Source: a virus
Direction: 5' to 3' (one strand)
Length of the DNA: 64,000 bases
UHGV virus genome: UHGV-0279745
The position numbers were made by a program, and so were the translations under genes. The notes beneath the pieces were generated by a model, which saw only the letters and a program-made list of their open reading frames with translations, did not search any database and had not been told where the DNA came from. This document shows positions 37,079-46,034 of the stretch, one piece after another (the stretch's first letter is position 1; every line of letters starts with the position of its first letter).

Positions 37079-37540
37079 ATGAAAACCTTTATCACATTCT
37101 TAATAACCATTTTAACTTTCGGCCTCAATAGCGCACACGCCGCTATCAACAGCTGGGAACAAATACAAAACCCTGGGCAGGCAGTTTACGAAATCGAGGA
37201 CACCGCCGGAAACGGACTGTCTATCAACTGTGACACAGAAACTGCGAATCGCAAATTTTACGGTCGCATGGTTTGGTATTACGGTGAACCCGTAGGTGCA
37301 ACTAACGCGGAAGATAACACGATGGATATTGTCGTAAACGGCAAAACCTATAACATCCCTACCGTGGACGGTAGTGACAAAGCAGAACACGCTTGGGTTG
37401 CTTTCGTTAAAGCTATCGGTAATGCCAAAACTTTCAGTGTGAGTATCAATGGTAACGATGCCGCTAACTTTACCGTAGAAGGCGAACGTCTGTCTGAAAC
37501 TTTCTTCCAAAACTGTGGACACACCCGTCCTAACAAATAA
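37079..37540 (+). CDS. small secreted protein (153 aa) with Sec signal peptide
   Basis: MKTFITFLITILTFGLNSAHA then AINS; GAAGGAG RBS. Confidence 0.7.
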   Translation: MKTFITFLITILTFGLNSAHAAINSWEQIQNPGQAVYEIEDTAGNGLSINCDTETANRKFYGRMVWYYGEPVGATNAEDNTMDIVVNGKTYNIPTVDGSDKAEHAWVAFVKAIGNAKTFSVSINGNDAANFTVEGERLSETFFQNCGHTRPNK

Positions 37541-37562
37541 CTATTAGTCTTTTTTAGAGTGC

Positions 37563-37955
37563 GTGAAAATGAATATCAGAACTATACTTTATACCATCAT
37601 TATTTTCTGTGCGGTCGGAATTACTGGCACTTATGCTTTCGGTGATTCAGATGTCCGTTATTACGAACCGGCTCCTGACTCACCGATTATCAACCCGGAT
37701 GAGACGCCTACGTTAATGCGCAGTTTCGGTAAACTACAAGTTTATCGTTTAGTGCGTGGTGAAACGTGTACGGGATTACTCATTGCTGACACCCGTGCAC
37801 AAGTCTACCAACGTCTGACGGATATCGCCTGCGAACAACCAAAAGTCATGTCAGTTAGTATCCATCCGCTATCAGTTGGTAACTATACCGCTGTGGACTT
37901 CTTTCACAACGCCGAATTAATCGGACGTGTTACCTTAAATCGCCCTGCTGAATAA
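37563..37955 (+). CDS. small secreted protein (~130 aa) with signal peptide; start uncertain (GTG 37563 or ATG 37569)
   Basis: N-terminal hydrophobic segment TILYTIIIFCAVGITGTYA. Confidence 0.65.
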   Translation: MKMNIRTILYTIIIFCAVGITGTYAFGDSDVRYYEPAPDSPIINPDETPTLMRSFGKLQVYRLVRGETCTGLLIADTRAQVYQRLTDIACEQPKVMSVSIHPLSVGNYTAVDFFHNAELIGRVTLNRPAE

Positions 37956-37973
37956 TCTAAAGGAGTAGTTATA

Positions 37974-38459
37974 ATGAAACGTTTACACACATTGATGTTC
38001 TTTCTGGTTTTCTTGTTTATCGGTGTCACGCCAACTGTAGATGCGGCCTCCGTAGACGAATTGCTTACCTGCGATGGAAACGCTTGGGAAGGTCAGCCAA
38101 ATGCGTGCCCAAACATCAACGACTTGTACGATACCGATAAGTCGTTTAAAGCCGTTGTTGATAAAACATTAGACCCTGTGGGACTGGATGGTATGTTCGG
38201 CTCTAAAGGTTACATGGATGGCCCTGGTGGTAACATGTATCCGGTAAACATCAACAACAAAATCTGGATTGAAAGTGGCGGTTGTAAAGCTAACGCTTGT
38301 GGTTGGGAATACATCGTAACGCTATACAACCCACACACCAAGAAACTCGTCGGCTATTACTACAACATCGACCCCGGTTATCTGATTTGGTTCGGTGATA
38401 TCGGTGTTGCCGAATTCGCTTACCTGGTTAAGAAATACGTAGAACAATCTAAATACTAA
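37974..38459 (+). CDS. small secreted protein (161 aa), 4 Cys
   Basis: MKRLHTLMFFLVFLFIGVTPTVDA signal peptide; AAAGGAG RBS. Confidence 0.7.
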   Translation: MKRLHTLMFFLVFLFIGVTPTVDAASVDELLTCDGNAWEGQPNACPNINDLYDTDKSFKAVVDKTLDPVGLDGMFGSKGYMDGPGGNMYPVNINNKIWIESGGCKANACGWEYIVTLYNPHTKKLVGYYYNIDPGYLIWFGDIGVAEFAYLVKKYVEQSKY

Positions 38460-38470
38460 GGACTTTTATC

Positions 38471-38881
38471 ATGAAAACTATCATCAATACTCTTCTCATT
38501 GCAATGGCTGTTCTGTTCTCTGTCAACGCTACAGCAAAAACAATACAGTTGCCAGACAATATTAAGTACGTCAATAGTACCGATGATTTCTATTGTACGG
38601 AAATTGACGGGTTGTACTGCCAGGCGAAAAGCCTGTTTAAATACAAAGGTAGCAGATACGTATTCATCGTTGAGCAAGGTGGTGCCTGGTGCTACGACAG
38701 CCCAATGTCCGTACTCAACCTCGAAACGTGGAAGGCTCAGCGTCTCGAATACAACGACAAACGTCTGTGCTCTGGTAATAACAAACCATTCTTCGAAGTC
38801 GTAGATGGTGTGCCAATGGTAGGGATATTAGACACTTCGGAAAAACCTATCGTTGTAGCTATGGATAAACTTAAAATTTAA
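38471..38881 (+). CDS. small secreted protein (136 aa), 4 Cys
   Basis: MKTIINTLLIAMAVLFSVNATA signal peptide. Confidence 0.7.
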   Translation: MKTIINTLLIAMAVLFSVNATAKTIQLPDNIKYVNSTDDFYCTEIDGLYCQAKSLFKYKGSRYVFIVEQGGAWCYDSPMSVLNLETWKAQRLEYNDKRLCSGNNKPFFEVVDGVPMVGILDTSEKPIVVAMDKLKI

Positions 38882-38891
38882 GGAGTAACTC

Positions 38892-39281
38892 ATGCGTCTC
38901 GTCTGCGTTTTAGCATTCTTCTTCTCCCTGAGTGTAGCAGCATCTACTCAAGTTAACGATTTACTGCTAACCCCAAACAACAATACCGATTACCAGTACA
39001 ATCCTCCGGGGTTTGAAGTTTGTGAAGTCGGTGAAACAATCTGCCAAGAAGTCGGCGCAGACGGGCGCTATATTCTGGTAAAAGCTGATGGTGGCACAAT
39101 GTGTCCCGCAGGTTATTACTTTCTGCTCGATTCCGTCGCAAGAGAGGTTCTTCCTATCACCACGAAAACGTGCGACCCTACCGTTGTCTTAACTCTCGCT
39201 AAAAGCAAATCTCGCGACCGTTATCTGATCGTTATCGAAGAACGGGGCAAGATGGCTGGTGCTATCGAATTAGATCATTGA
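38892..39281 (+). CDS. small secreted protein (129 aa), 4 Cys
   Basis: MRLVCVLAFFFSLSVAAS signal peptide; AAGGAG RBS; terminator downstream. Confidence 0.7.
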   Translation: MRLVCVLAFFFSLSVAASTQVNDLLLTPNNNTDYQYNPPGFEVCEVGETICQEVGADGRYILVKADGGTMCPAGYYFLLDSVAREVLPITTKTCDPTVVLTLAKSKSRDRYLIVIEERGKMAGAIELDH

Positions 39282-39292
39282 GTGTAGTCTTG

Positions 39293-39318
39293 GCCCCGAT
39301 ACGTTCGGGGTCCTTTTT
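39293..39318 (+). terminator. rho-independent terminator
   Basis: ccccga-loop-tcgggg followed by ctttttac. Confidence 0.55.
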
Positions 39319-39347
39319 ACGACATGTTTACCTAAAGGAGTATTAAA

Positions 39348-39824
39348 ATGCAATTATCTAACGTTTACCAAGCTGCGCAATTTCATCATGACCTGTCGGC
39401 TAAACCTGAACAAATTCGCCACAACTTAACGGTGGCCTGGAAACTGCTGCGTATCGCCGAAGCCTCGCGCCTTAACGATCAGTCGACGATTATCGAAACG
39501 GTGCGCACACTACATCCAGTCGACCTGGAAACAATCTGGACCTTTGATTTAACCCGAATTTATCACCGTCGTTTTAATGCGGCAGTTGATGCGATCCGTC
39601 CTTACTTTCACCACCTGCGGACAACACGCGAAAATGACACTGCACTTGAATGGGTATTGGTACAAAGCGTATGGAGCGACTACATTTATCTCCTTTCTTT
39701 AGAGACGGGTGAATGTATCGTTGCTAACGAAGTTTTTTCAAGTAACGCAGAAATGTATCGTTCCTTCGCGACGATTAAAGGTGAAACACAACCTATTTTA
39801 TCACTCACGCACTTAGGGCTGTAA
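39348..39824 (+). CDS. hypothetical protein (158 aa)
   Basis: Conserved leader tttacctaaaggagtattaaaATG, identical to the one at 3008. Confidence 0.7.
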   Translation: MQLSNVYQAAQFHHDLSAKPEQIRHNLTVAWKLLRIAEASRLNDQSTIIETVRTLHPVDLETIWTFDLTRIYHRRFNAAVDAIRPYFHHLRTTRENDTALEWVLVQSVWSDYIYLLSLETGECIVANEVFSSNAEMYRSFATIKGETQPILSLTHLGL

Positions 39825-39832
39825 TTAGCCCG

Positions 39833-39860
39833 GCCCCGTTTACTCGGGGCTTCTTTTTTT
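39833..39860 (+). terminator. rho-independent terminator
   Basis: gccccg-tttact-cggggc followed by T-run. Confidence 0.65.
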
Positions 39861-39880
39861 GATCTAAAAGGAAAGACCAG

Positions 39881-40489
39881 ATGAACGAAATTACATTAGT
39901 TCGTTTTCTTGAAGCGATGCAAAATGCAGAGCGCTTTTCGCATACGCCTTTATTCATTGACTTAATGGAAGAAGAAGTAGAGGGATTCCTGGCATACCCT
40001 CGCTTACGGGAATATTTTAAACGTAAAACACCGACTGCTTACGAAAAGTTGGTTTACGCGCTTGAGAACAGTACAACATTGTTAACGTCACCTTTTAAGG
40101 CGTTGGAGGCTTTAGACCCGGCTGGTACCACAAGTATCCCACAACGTGTCGTGTTCTACTATATCGACCACGATCGAATCAAAGCCGATGTTGTTAACTG
40201 GATCTCTGAAAACGCAGTTCCTGAAACACGCACTTTTAATCTCTGTCCTGTAGAAGAAGGGTGGAAGGTCGGTAGCCACTATTCTTACCCGTACCAATCC
40301 ATTAAATCGCCGTTTTTATACCCGGTTTATCTGGATGACGTTACACCTGGAAATTGTATCCCGGTAACAAATCTGATCTGTACATTGACGATGGAAGTCT
40401 TAGCCACAAAGGCGGGACAGGTTTGGGTAGAAAACACGAAGAACGTCGATTATTGGACTTCAATGGGTTATCACCTGTACACCAAATAA
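39881..40489 (+). CDS. hypothetical protein (202 aa)
   Basis: AAAGGAAAG RBS. Confidence 0.7.
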   Translation: MNEITLVRFLEAMQNAERFSHTPLFIDLMEEEVEGFLAYPRLREYFKRKTPTAYEKLVYALENSTTLLTSPFKALEALDPAGTTSIPQRVVFYYIDHDRIKADVVNWISENAVPETRTFNLCPVEEGWKVGSHYSYPYQSIKSPFLYPVYLDDVTPGNCIPVTNLICTLTMEVLATKAGQVWVENTKNVDYWTSMGYHLYTK

Positions 40490-40493
40490 CGTT

Positions 40494-40535
40494 TGGGAGA
40501 ACCTTCGGGTTCTCCCTTTCTTTATTTTTTTTTCT
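40494..40535 (+). terminator. rho-independent terminator
   Basis: gggagaacc-ttcg-ggttctccc followed by long T-run. Confidence 0.7.
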
Positions 40536-40569
40536 TTTTACACCACACTCCGTCTTTATGGAGGTGGGT

Positions 40570-43074
40570 ATGCTAAAAGTTGAACGGATTATACTCAAAG
40601 GTTTTACGGGGATGGGATTACATGAAATTGAAACCTTCGATTTCACTATCCAGTCTCCGACAACAATTATCCTGGGTGGGAACGGCTGCGGGAAAACCAG
40701 TCTACTGTCTGTGTTCCTACCCTTAGCACCGGCTAAAACCGAATTCAGGGACGGCGGTTCTTACACAAACTACTGTTTAGTTGGCGATCAACGCTATCGT
40801 TTCAAAGTTGCCCGTAAAGGCAACTCTTTGGTTTGCGATATTGAGAACCTGACCACGGGGGCAAAGATCGTCGAGCAAGGTAATGCGAAAGTCTACAACT
40901 CCCGTGTTGAAGAAATCACAGGTATTACAAAAGAGATTAAAGAATTATTAAATGGTGAGGTGTTGTTAACCGATGCGGGAACCGAATTACGCCGCAAATG
41001 GTTTTACCGTTTAAGTACCTCTGATCTCACTTACGCGTTAGGGTTTTATCAACGTTTACGTAAAAACCTTACTGCCTTAAATGGGGGTATTGAAATCACC
41101 AGCCGTAAGATCGCCGAATTACGGACGCGTGTTATTGAGAACGAGGAAGAACGGCAGCAGTTAGCGACGAGATTAAAAGGTTTGGAATCGGATTTACGTG
41201 AACTGAACCGAGAAATCGAACAGTTACCAGGATTAAATCGTGCCGTCACCATCGAAACAATCCAAGCGTTATTAAACAGCTTGGGTCCAACCATCGACGC
41301 AATATTACAACATCGTGGTGGATTGCCTACTGATGAACAGATACTGGCCGCGCGACAAAACGAAGCGACGGCCCGCGAAGCCGTCGTGTCTACTGAAACA
41401 GAGGTATCGATGTTGAATAAAGACTTGTCGCTACTGATGGATGAGTCGACACGACAAGACTACCTGATGCGGAATCACGAAGGTCTCAAGAATACACTGG
41501 CACGTTTACGTGAGTTACTTACCAAATGGGACACCGAGCATCTCTTTCCGGGTTTATTTAACGACAACATCAATTTAGACCAACTTCGTGCGGCTACCGA
41601 CGCGCGTGTTTGGGGGCAACGGTTAGGAACAACACTGGACGCAATTCATTCAACCGAAAAACTTAATGTTTTGGAAGAACGGCTTCTGGTGATGGATCAA
41701 AAAACCGCAGGGTTGCGGGATAGACTCCAGCGAGTGGAGAACGTTTTACAGAATTTAAATCACGAACGTAATCACTACTTAGAAACAGCGGAAGTGGATT
41801 GCCCGCAGTGTCGGTTTAAGTTCCGTCCTGGCGTTACGCGTTCTTTACCTGAACTTGAGTCTTCGATTCGCGGACAACAACAGCAGCGCACGGAACTGCA
41901 AACGCAGTTAGAGACTCTATTACGCGATCGTGTTGAGTTAGAATCCGATGTAACTTATATGCGGCAGGTTCGTGAGATTGTACTGACGTATTCAAAGGAC
42001 CCGGTATTGAGCATGTTCTTTAAGCGTTTGCAAGAACGTAACGTTTTCACAGAATCACGTGAACAGTTCGGGAGTCTATGCGCAGCGTTTGACAGTGAGT
42101 TGTACTCTGCTATTGAGTACCATGAAACCCGTCAACGGTTAGTGAAGGCGGAAAAAGAATGGCAGGATGCCGTGGCGGCCGTTGGTAACGTCGATGGTGC
42201 TTTACAACAGAAAATTGCTTTCCAACAGTCACGATTAGGTAAAGCCACAGAGATGCTCTCAATGCGTCGTAGAGAGTACGAACTGGCTAACACGACACTT
42301 ACCTATCTGGTGAATGTTAAACGTGCTGTAGATGATTTCAGTGCGTTATTCGAACGGTTAGAGAGTGATGTTAAGGTTACGTTGACAAATACGGTCGTCG
42401 AGGAACTCTTACGTGCACGAGAAGGGAAGCTGGATGCTTTTACAACCGCACGCGAACGTTATCGTCAGATGGAAAATGAATTGAATCAGCTCAACAGTTT
42501 GGAACGCGAACTTGCTGACTTACAAGCCCAGCAATTCAATAACAAACTGATGATTCAAGCCTTCTCTCCAGAAAAGGGTGTACTTAGAAAGTATTTTTAC
42601 AACGCTATCGTTAGAATCACAGAGTTAATGACGCGTTATATCGAACAGGTCTGGACGTACCCCATGCGCGTTATGCCTTGTGACCTCACTGACGGCGATT
42701 TGGATTATACTTTTCCTGTCCAGCTAAAAACGCATCCTGAGCCTGTTCCTGACGTGCGTAAAGGGTCTAAGGCGCAGCGTGCGATATTTAATCTGATGTT
42801 CAGGCTGACTGCGTACAAAGCGCTGAAGTTGCATCAGTTTCCGTTGCTTTTGGATGAGCCTTCGGAAGGCATGGATGAGGAGCACCGTAACAACCTGGTC
42901 GGTTTTATTAAAACGTTAGCAAACTCGGGAGAATTTTCCCAACTGTTGGTAGTCTCCCACGAAGCCGAGGTTCATTCTAAACTTAATGAAGCATCGTACT
43001 GTGTCATCGAACCGGAAGGGGTGACATTGCCTGCGGTGTATAACGAAGGAGTAAAAATTGTTTATGCAAACTGA
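40570..43074 (+). CDS. SbcC/Rad50-like recombination ATPase (835 aa)
   Basis: Walker A GGNGCGKTS, long coiled-coil middle with CPQC zinc-hook-like motif, Walker B LLLDEPSEGMD, VSHEAE H-loop region; GGAGGTG RBS before ATG 40570. Confidence 0.8.
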   Translation: MLKVERIILKGFTGMGLHEIETFDFTIQSPTTIILGGNGCGKTSLLSVFLPLAPAKTEFRDGGSYTNYCLVGDQRYRFKVARKGNSLVCDIENLTTGAKIVEQGNAKVYNSRVEEITGITKEIKELLNGEVLLTDAGTELRRKWFYRLSTSDLTYALGFYQRLRKNLTALNGGIEITSRKIAELRTRVIENEEERQQLATRLKGLESDLRELNREIEQLPGLNRAVTIETIQALLNSLGPTIDAILQHRGGLPTDEQILAARQNEATAREAVVSTETEVSMLNKDLSLLMDESTRQDYLMRNHEGLKNTLARLRELLTKWDTEHLFPGLFNDNINLDQLRAATDARVWGQRLGTTLDAIHSTEKLNVLEERLLVMDQKTAGLRDRLQRVENVLQNLNHERNHYLETAEVDCPQCRFKFRPGVTRSLPELESSIRGQQQQRTELQTQLETLLRDRVELESDVTYMRQVREIVLTYSKDPVLSMFFKRLQERNVFTESREQFGSLCAAFDSELYSAIEYHETRQRLVKAEKEWQDAVAAVGNVDGALQQKIAFQQSRLGKATEMLSMRRREYELANTTLTYLVNVKRAVDDFSALFERLESDVKVTLTNTVVEELLRAREGKLDAFTTARERYRQMENELNQLNSLERELADLQAQQFNNKLMIQAFSPEKGVLRKYFYNAIVRITELMTRYIEQVWTYPMRVMPCDLTDGDLDYTFPVQLKTHPEPVPDVRKGSKAQRAIFNLMFRLTAYKALKLHQFPLLLDEPSEGMDEEHRNNLVGFIKTLANSGEFSQLLVVSHEAEVHSKLNEASYCVIEPEGVTLPAVYNEGVKIVYAN

Positions 43075-43243
43075 TTGGTTCCGTCGTATTGTGGATGCGG
43101 TAGGGTTTGGCTTCATGTCCATTTTAGCGGTTCTTTATGTCATGTTTTGTGTGGTGATGATTTTATGGGTAGTTTCATCTTATCTGATTAAACTATCGTG
43201 GGGTTCAATTTGGCGTCAACGCGAATGCGAATGGCGGAATTAG
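43064..43243 (+). CDS. small membrane protein (59 aa)
   Basis: Hydrophobic core FGFMSILAVLYVMFCVVMILWVV; overlaps SbcC-like gene end. Confidence 0.45.
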   Translation: MQTDWFRRIVDAVGFGFMSILAVLYVMFCVVMILWVVSSYLIKLSWGSIWRQRECEWRN

Positions 43244-43253
43244 GAGAGGGAAT

Positions 43254-43352
43254 ATGGTTGTAGGGGTTCTGTTAACACTTGGCTCGTTGTGGTTAATTGG
43301 TAAAGGTTTAAACTGGCTGATTAAACGTCACCGTTGGGCGTTCGAAGATTAA
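43254..43352 (+). CDS. small membrane peptide (32 aa), not in ORF track
   Basis: TAGGAGAGGG RBS 3 nt before ATG; MVVGVLLTLGSLWLIGKGLNWLIKRHRWAFED. Confidence 0.4.
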   Translation: MVVGVLLTLGSLWLIGKGLNWLIKRHRWAFED

Positions 43353-43409
43353 CCACCCAAATAATCCAGAAGATACCCTCCGGTGTGAGGGTATTGACAG
43401 GAGCAGAAA

Positions 43410-43538
43410 ATGACCACGATAAACGCTACGAATGTAGCGATATCCGCACTATACGACGCGGAACTTTCATGGGGTGGATTAATAATCACCACAGCCATAT
43501 TAGCCGCTGCGGCTTTCGTCATCGCGCGTTGGTTTTAA
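43410..43538 (+). CDS. small membrane peptide (42 aa), not in ORF track
   Basis: AGGAGCAGAAA RBS; hydrophobic C-terminal half GLIITTAILAAAAFVIARWF. Confidence 0.4.
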   Translation: MTTINATNVAISALYDAELSWGGLIITTAILAAAAFVIARWF

Positions 43539-43569
43539 TTTTACTTTTTTGCGTCTCTAAGGTTTGCAA

Positions 43570-44013
43570 ATGGAAATTTATTTGTTGAACGCATCTTCTA
43601 AAGTCGGTGAGCGACAAGCTGCCGATTTACTCAAACTACACTACCGTTACTTAGACCACCAGGCCACGTTACTGAAAATCAAAATGTCGGTGCCGAAGTT
43701 AAATGCGCGACAGCTGATCGAAGGTAACTGCATAGTTCTGGTGTATCAGGATGATGTCGCGGTAGGATACTGTAGTTATCGGAATCGTAACGGCTCACTT
43801 AAGATACGTTCGGTATACGTGCTCCCAGACCATCGTCAACGGGGTGTAATGAAAGAGATTTTCAAAGCAATTGCAGCTGATGAAGTTTTCGGCGAGATTG
43901 TTACTGGCATGTATGCGAAATGTAAAGAAGCAAAAGAGTATTTCATCCGACGCGGCTATCAGGCGGTTTACTCACGCGATCGTGAGTGGGTCGATTTTAG
44001 CAAAACATTCTAA
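43570..44013 (+). CDS. GNAT-family N-acetyltransferase (147 aa)
   Basis: Acetyl-CoA-binding motif A-like VYVLPDHRQRGVMKEIF; size typical of single-domain GNAT. Confidence 0.65.
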   Translation: MEIYLLNASSKVGERQAADLLKLHYRYLDHQATLLKIKMSVPKLNARQLIEGNCIVLVYQDDVAVGYCSYRNRNGSLKIRSVYVLPDHRQRGVMKEIFKAIAADEVFGEIVTGMYAKCKEAKEYFIRRGYQAVYSRDREWVDFSKTF

Positions 44014-44079
44014 AAACAATAAAGCTCTCTTGGCGTACCTCACTATGAGTGTGAGAAATTTACGTCAGGAGAGCTAATT

Positions 44080-44325
44080 ATGTTAAAATCGTACGGAGTG
44101 GGTGGTTTGGATACGAGTATTTGTTGGAAAGAATACGAACGTGCGAAAGCGTTCTTACAGCATCCCAATGTGGGGACAATAGGTAAGGTCTGTTTCGGCA
44201 AACCTTCACTGACGGCTTGTATCCAAGGGGCTTTAGGGACGTTGCCACCCGAAACACATTTCGAGCCTGAGGAGAATATGAATGTTCACAGAGAACCCAT
44301 CAATTTACGGCATACCGTTGAATGA
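44080..44325 (+). CDS. hypothetical protein (81 aa)
   Basis: GGAGAG RBS before ATG. Confidence 0.5.
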   Translation: MLKSYGVGGLDTSICWKEYERAKAFLQHPNVGTIGKVCFGKPSLTACIQGALGTLPPETHFEPEENMNVHREPINLRHTVE

Positions 44326-44650
44326 AATTGATATTCTGCAAATTTGTTATCAGTGCGGCGACTTCGGTAAGACACAAGTAACGCCGTTAGTTAAGCTTTT
44401 AGGTTACTTGCCTGAAATCGAGTTACCTTTTGTTAAACCTAGCTTAGTTCGTCGCGCATCGTGTCGCGAAGCTTATTTGCTCTGGAAACACAATATTTCA
44501 GTAGAGAAGGTCTGGGACCGTATGAACGATCATCAGTTCCGTGAGCAGGTCGTGCACACGCTTAACTTGGCACTGACTATGCAACGCCTGGGCTTACAAC
44601 ACGAGGGTTTAGAAGCGGCGGTCAAGCAATGGATTACGAAAAATCGATAA
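44282..44650 (+). CDS. hypothetical protein (122 aa)
   Basis: GAGGAG RBS; overlaps previous ORF. Confidence 0.55.
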   Translation: MFTENPSIYGIPLNEIDILQICYQCGDFGKTQVTPLVKLLGYLPEIELPFVKPSLVRRASCREAYLLWKHNISVEKVWDRMNDHQFREQVVHTLNLALTMQRLGLQHEGLEAAVKQWITKNR

Positions 44651-44737
44651 TGGGTAAAACATATATCGCTATACTTGTCGAGCTATCAATCGGCGGTACA
44701 CGTTTTAATACTACACATCAACTCCGGGCGTTTCGTT

Positions 44738-45235
44738 ATGTTAACGGTACGTAAAGAATCTGAAATTGGTAACGATCTTTTTAATGCGCCCGAAGACTAT
44801 AAAGTCGTTACCATTAATTGCGTAGGAGCGATGGGTCGCGGTATTGCACTCGCGTGTCGTGAACGCTACCCCAACCTTTACCAGGATTATCGTAAGCGGT
44901 GTCGTGAAAACGAAATTAAGATTGGAAACGTTTACGTTTACTCTGACGAAAAGTGTATCTTGCTCCCCACGAAAACCCATTGGCGCTTAAAGTCCCAGGT
45001 TTCTTATGTTACTGCGGGCATTACCGCACTAGCGGATTGTGCTGAGGATCTGGATACCAGCGTTGCTATCCCTCCACTGGGAATGGCAAACGGGTGGTTA
45101 GATTCCTGGGAAAGACAAGAAATCTTTTTGTGGCTTTACAAAAAACTTGAATCAAGGAGACAACACTACACGTTATACTTACCTGATAAGTTGTACCAAG
45201 AAGCAGAGTCATTAATTCCAAACTCTTTTAAATAG
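44738..45235 (+). CDS. macro-domain-like protein (~165 aa); start uncertain
   Basis: VVTINCVGAMGRGIALA resembles the macro-domain VNAAN...GGGVA motif; AIPPLGMANGWL resembles the second macro motif. Confidence 0.55.
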   Translation: MLTVRKESEIGNDLFNAPEDYKVVTINCVGAMGRGIALACRERYPNLYQDYRKRCRENEIKIGNVYVYSDEKCILLPTKTHWRLKSQVSYVTAGITALADCAEDLDTSVAIPPLGMANGWLDSWERQEIFLWLYKKLESRRQHYTLYLPDKLYQEAESLIPNSFK

Positions 45236-45335
45236 ATATTATCATTAGGGCACACAACAAAGGAGTATTAGCTGTCCGCGCCGTCATTTCGTCTTACGGA
45301 ATACGGAAATGTATAAATCCAACTGGAGAAACAAA

Positions 45336-46034
45336 ATGTTTCGTATCTTCTTTCTTTTACTGGTAACACTTTTCGCGTTTAACGCACAGGCGTCAACGTC
45401 AACGCCACATTCTAAGCATCAGCGTGAGTTTGCACAAATCCAACATCGGTTCGAAAAAGTCAGCCCGTTAATTGTGGAAATCTCACGAAAGCAGGGCGTT
45501 GATCCCAAGCTGATGATTACGCTGATTTATCGTGAATCGCGTTTTGATCCCAAGGCTTACAACAAAAGCTCACGAGCACATAGCCTGGTACAAATGCTTC
45601 CAAGTACCAAACGTAATCTGCTAAAGCTTTATGGAAAAGAATTAGGTCTTAGTCAGAACGCCGATTTGTATAATCCGCGCAACGCTGTTTTGCTGGCTAC
45701 CGCGTATGTTAAACATCTTGAGAAGGGGTTAACCAAACGACTCAAACGCAAGCCCACCATGGCTGAAATTGCGTTAGCTTACCACTGGGGTGAAAGTGGC
45801 GCTCACACGCGAATCAAAAGCAAATCTCGAGCAGCACAACGAGAAATGGCAGGCTTTATGAAAGACGCCGCGTTCTATAGCGCGAAAATCGATGTGCCTG
45901 TTGTTGTGGGCTCGGCCCCACGTCAGCTTGCGTTTGCGAAGAAAACACCACGTCAGATTCAACTGGCGGAAGTTAGTAGAATTTGGGATACGATAAACAC
46001 GAGTTTTCCAATCAATAGAGGAGTTACCCTTTGA
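45336..46034 (+). CDS. secreted lytic transglycosylase (SLT-domain) protein
   Basis: Signal peptide MFRIFFLLLVTLFAFNAQA; YRESRFDP, SLVQMLPST and AYHWGESG motifs typical of SLT domain; GGAGAA RBS. Confidence 0.65.
   Translation: MFRIFFLLLVTLFAFNAQASTSTPHSKHQREFAQIQHRFEKVSPLIVEISRKQGVDPKLMITLIYRESRFDPKAYNKSSRAHSLVQMLPSTKRNLLKLYGKELGLSQNADLYNPRNAVLLATAYVKHLEKGLTKRLKRKPTMAEIALAYHWGESGAHTRIKSKSRAAQREMAGFMKDAAFYSAKIDVPVVVGSAPRQLAFAKKTPRQIQLAEVSRIWDTINTSFPINRGVTL

Noticed and set aside
36606-37149. Minus-strand ORFs 36606-36935 and 36790-37149
   Set aside because: Antisense to the plus-strand gene 36661-37032, which has the conserved promoter and RBS leader.
43334-43588. ORF-track 84-aa plus-strand ORF
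   Set aside because: Overlaps two shorter ORFs that each have a strong RBS; its own start lacks an RBS.
44650-44757. 35-aa ORF starting at the stop of the 44282-44650 gene
   Set aside because: Possible, but it competes with the upstream part of the macro-domain-like gene and has no distinguishing features; left uncalled.
45312-45319. tataaatc, a 7/8 match to the T4-type late promoter box TATAAATA
   Set aside because: Single imperfect occurrence noticed; not seen repeatedly upstream of the structural genes, so not called as a promoter class.
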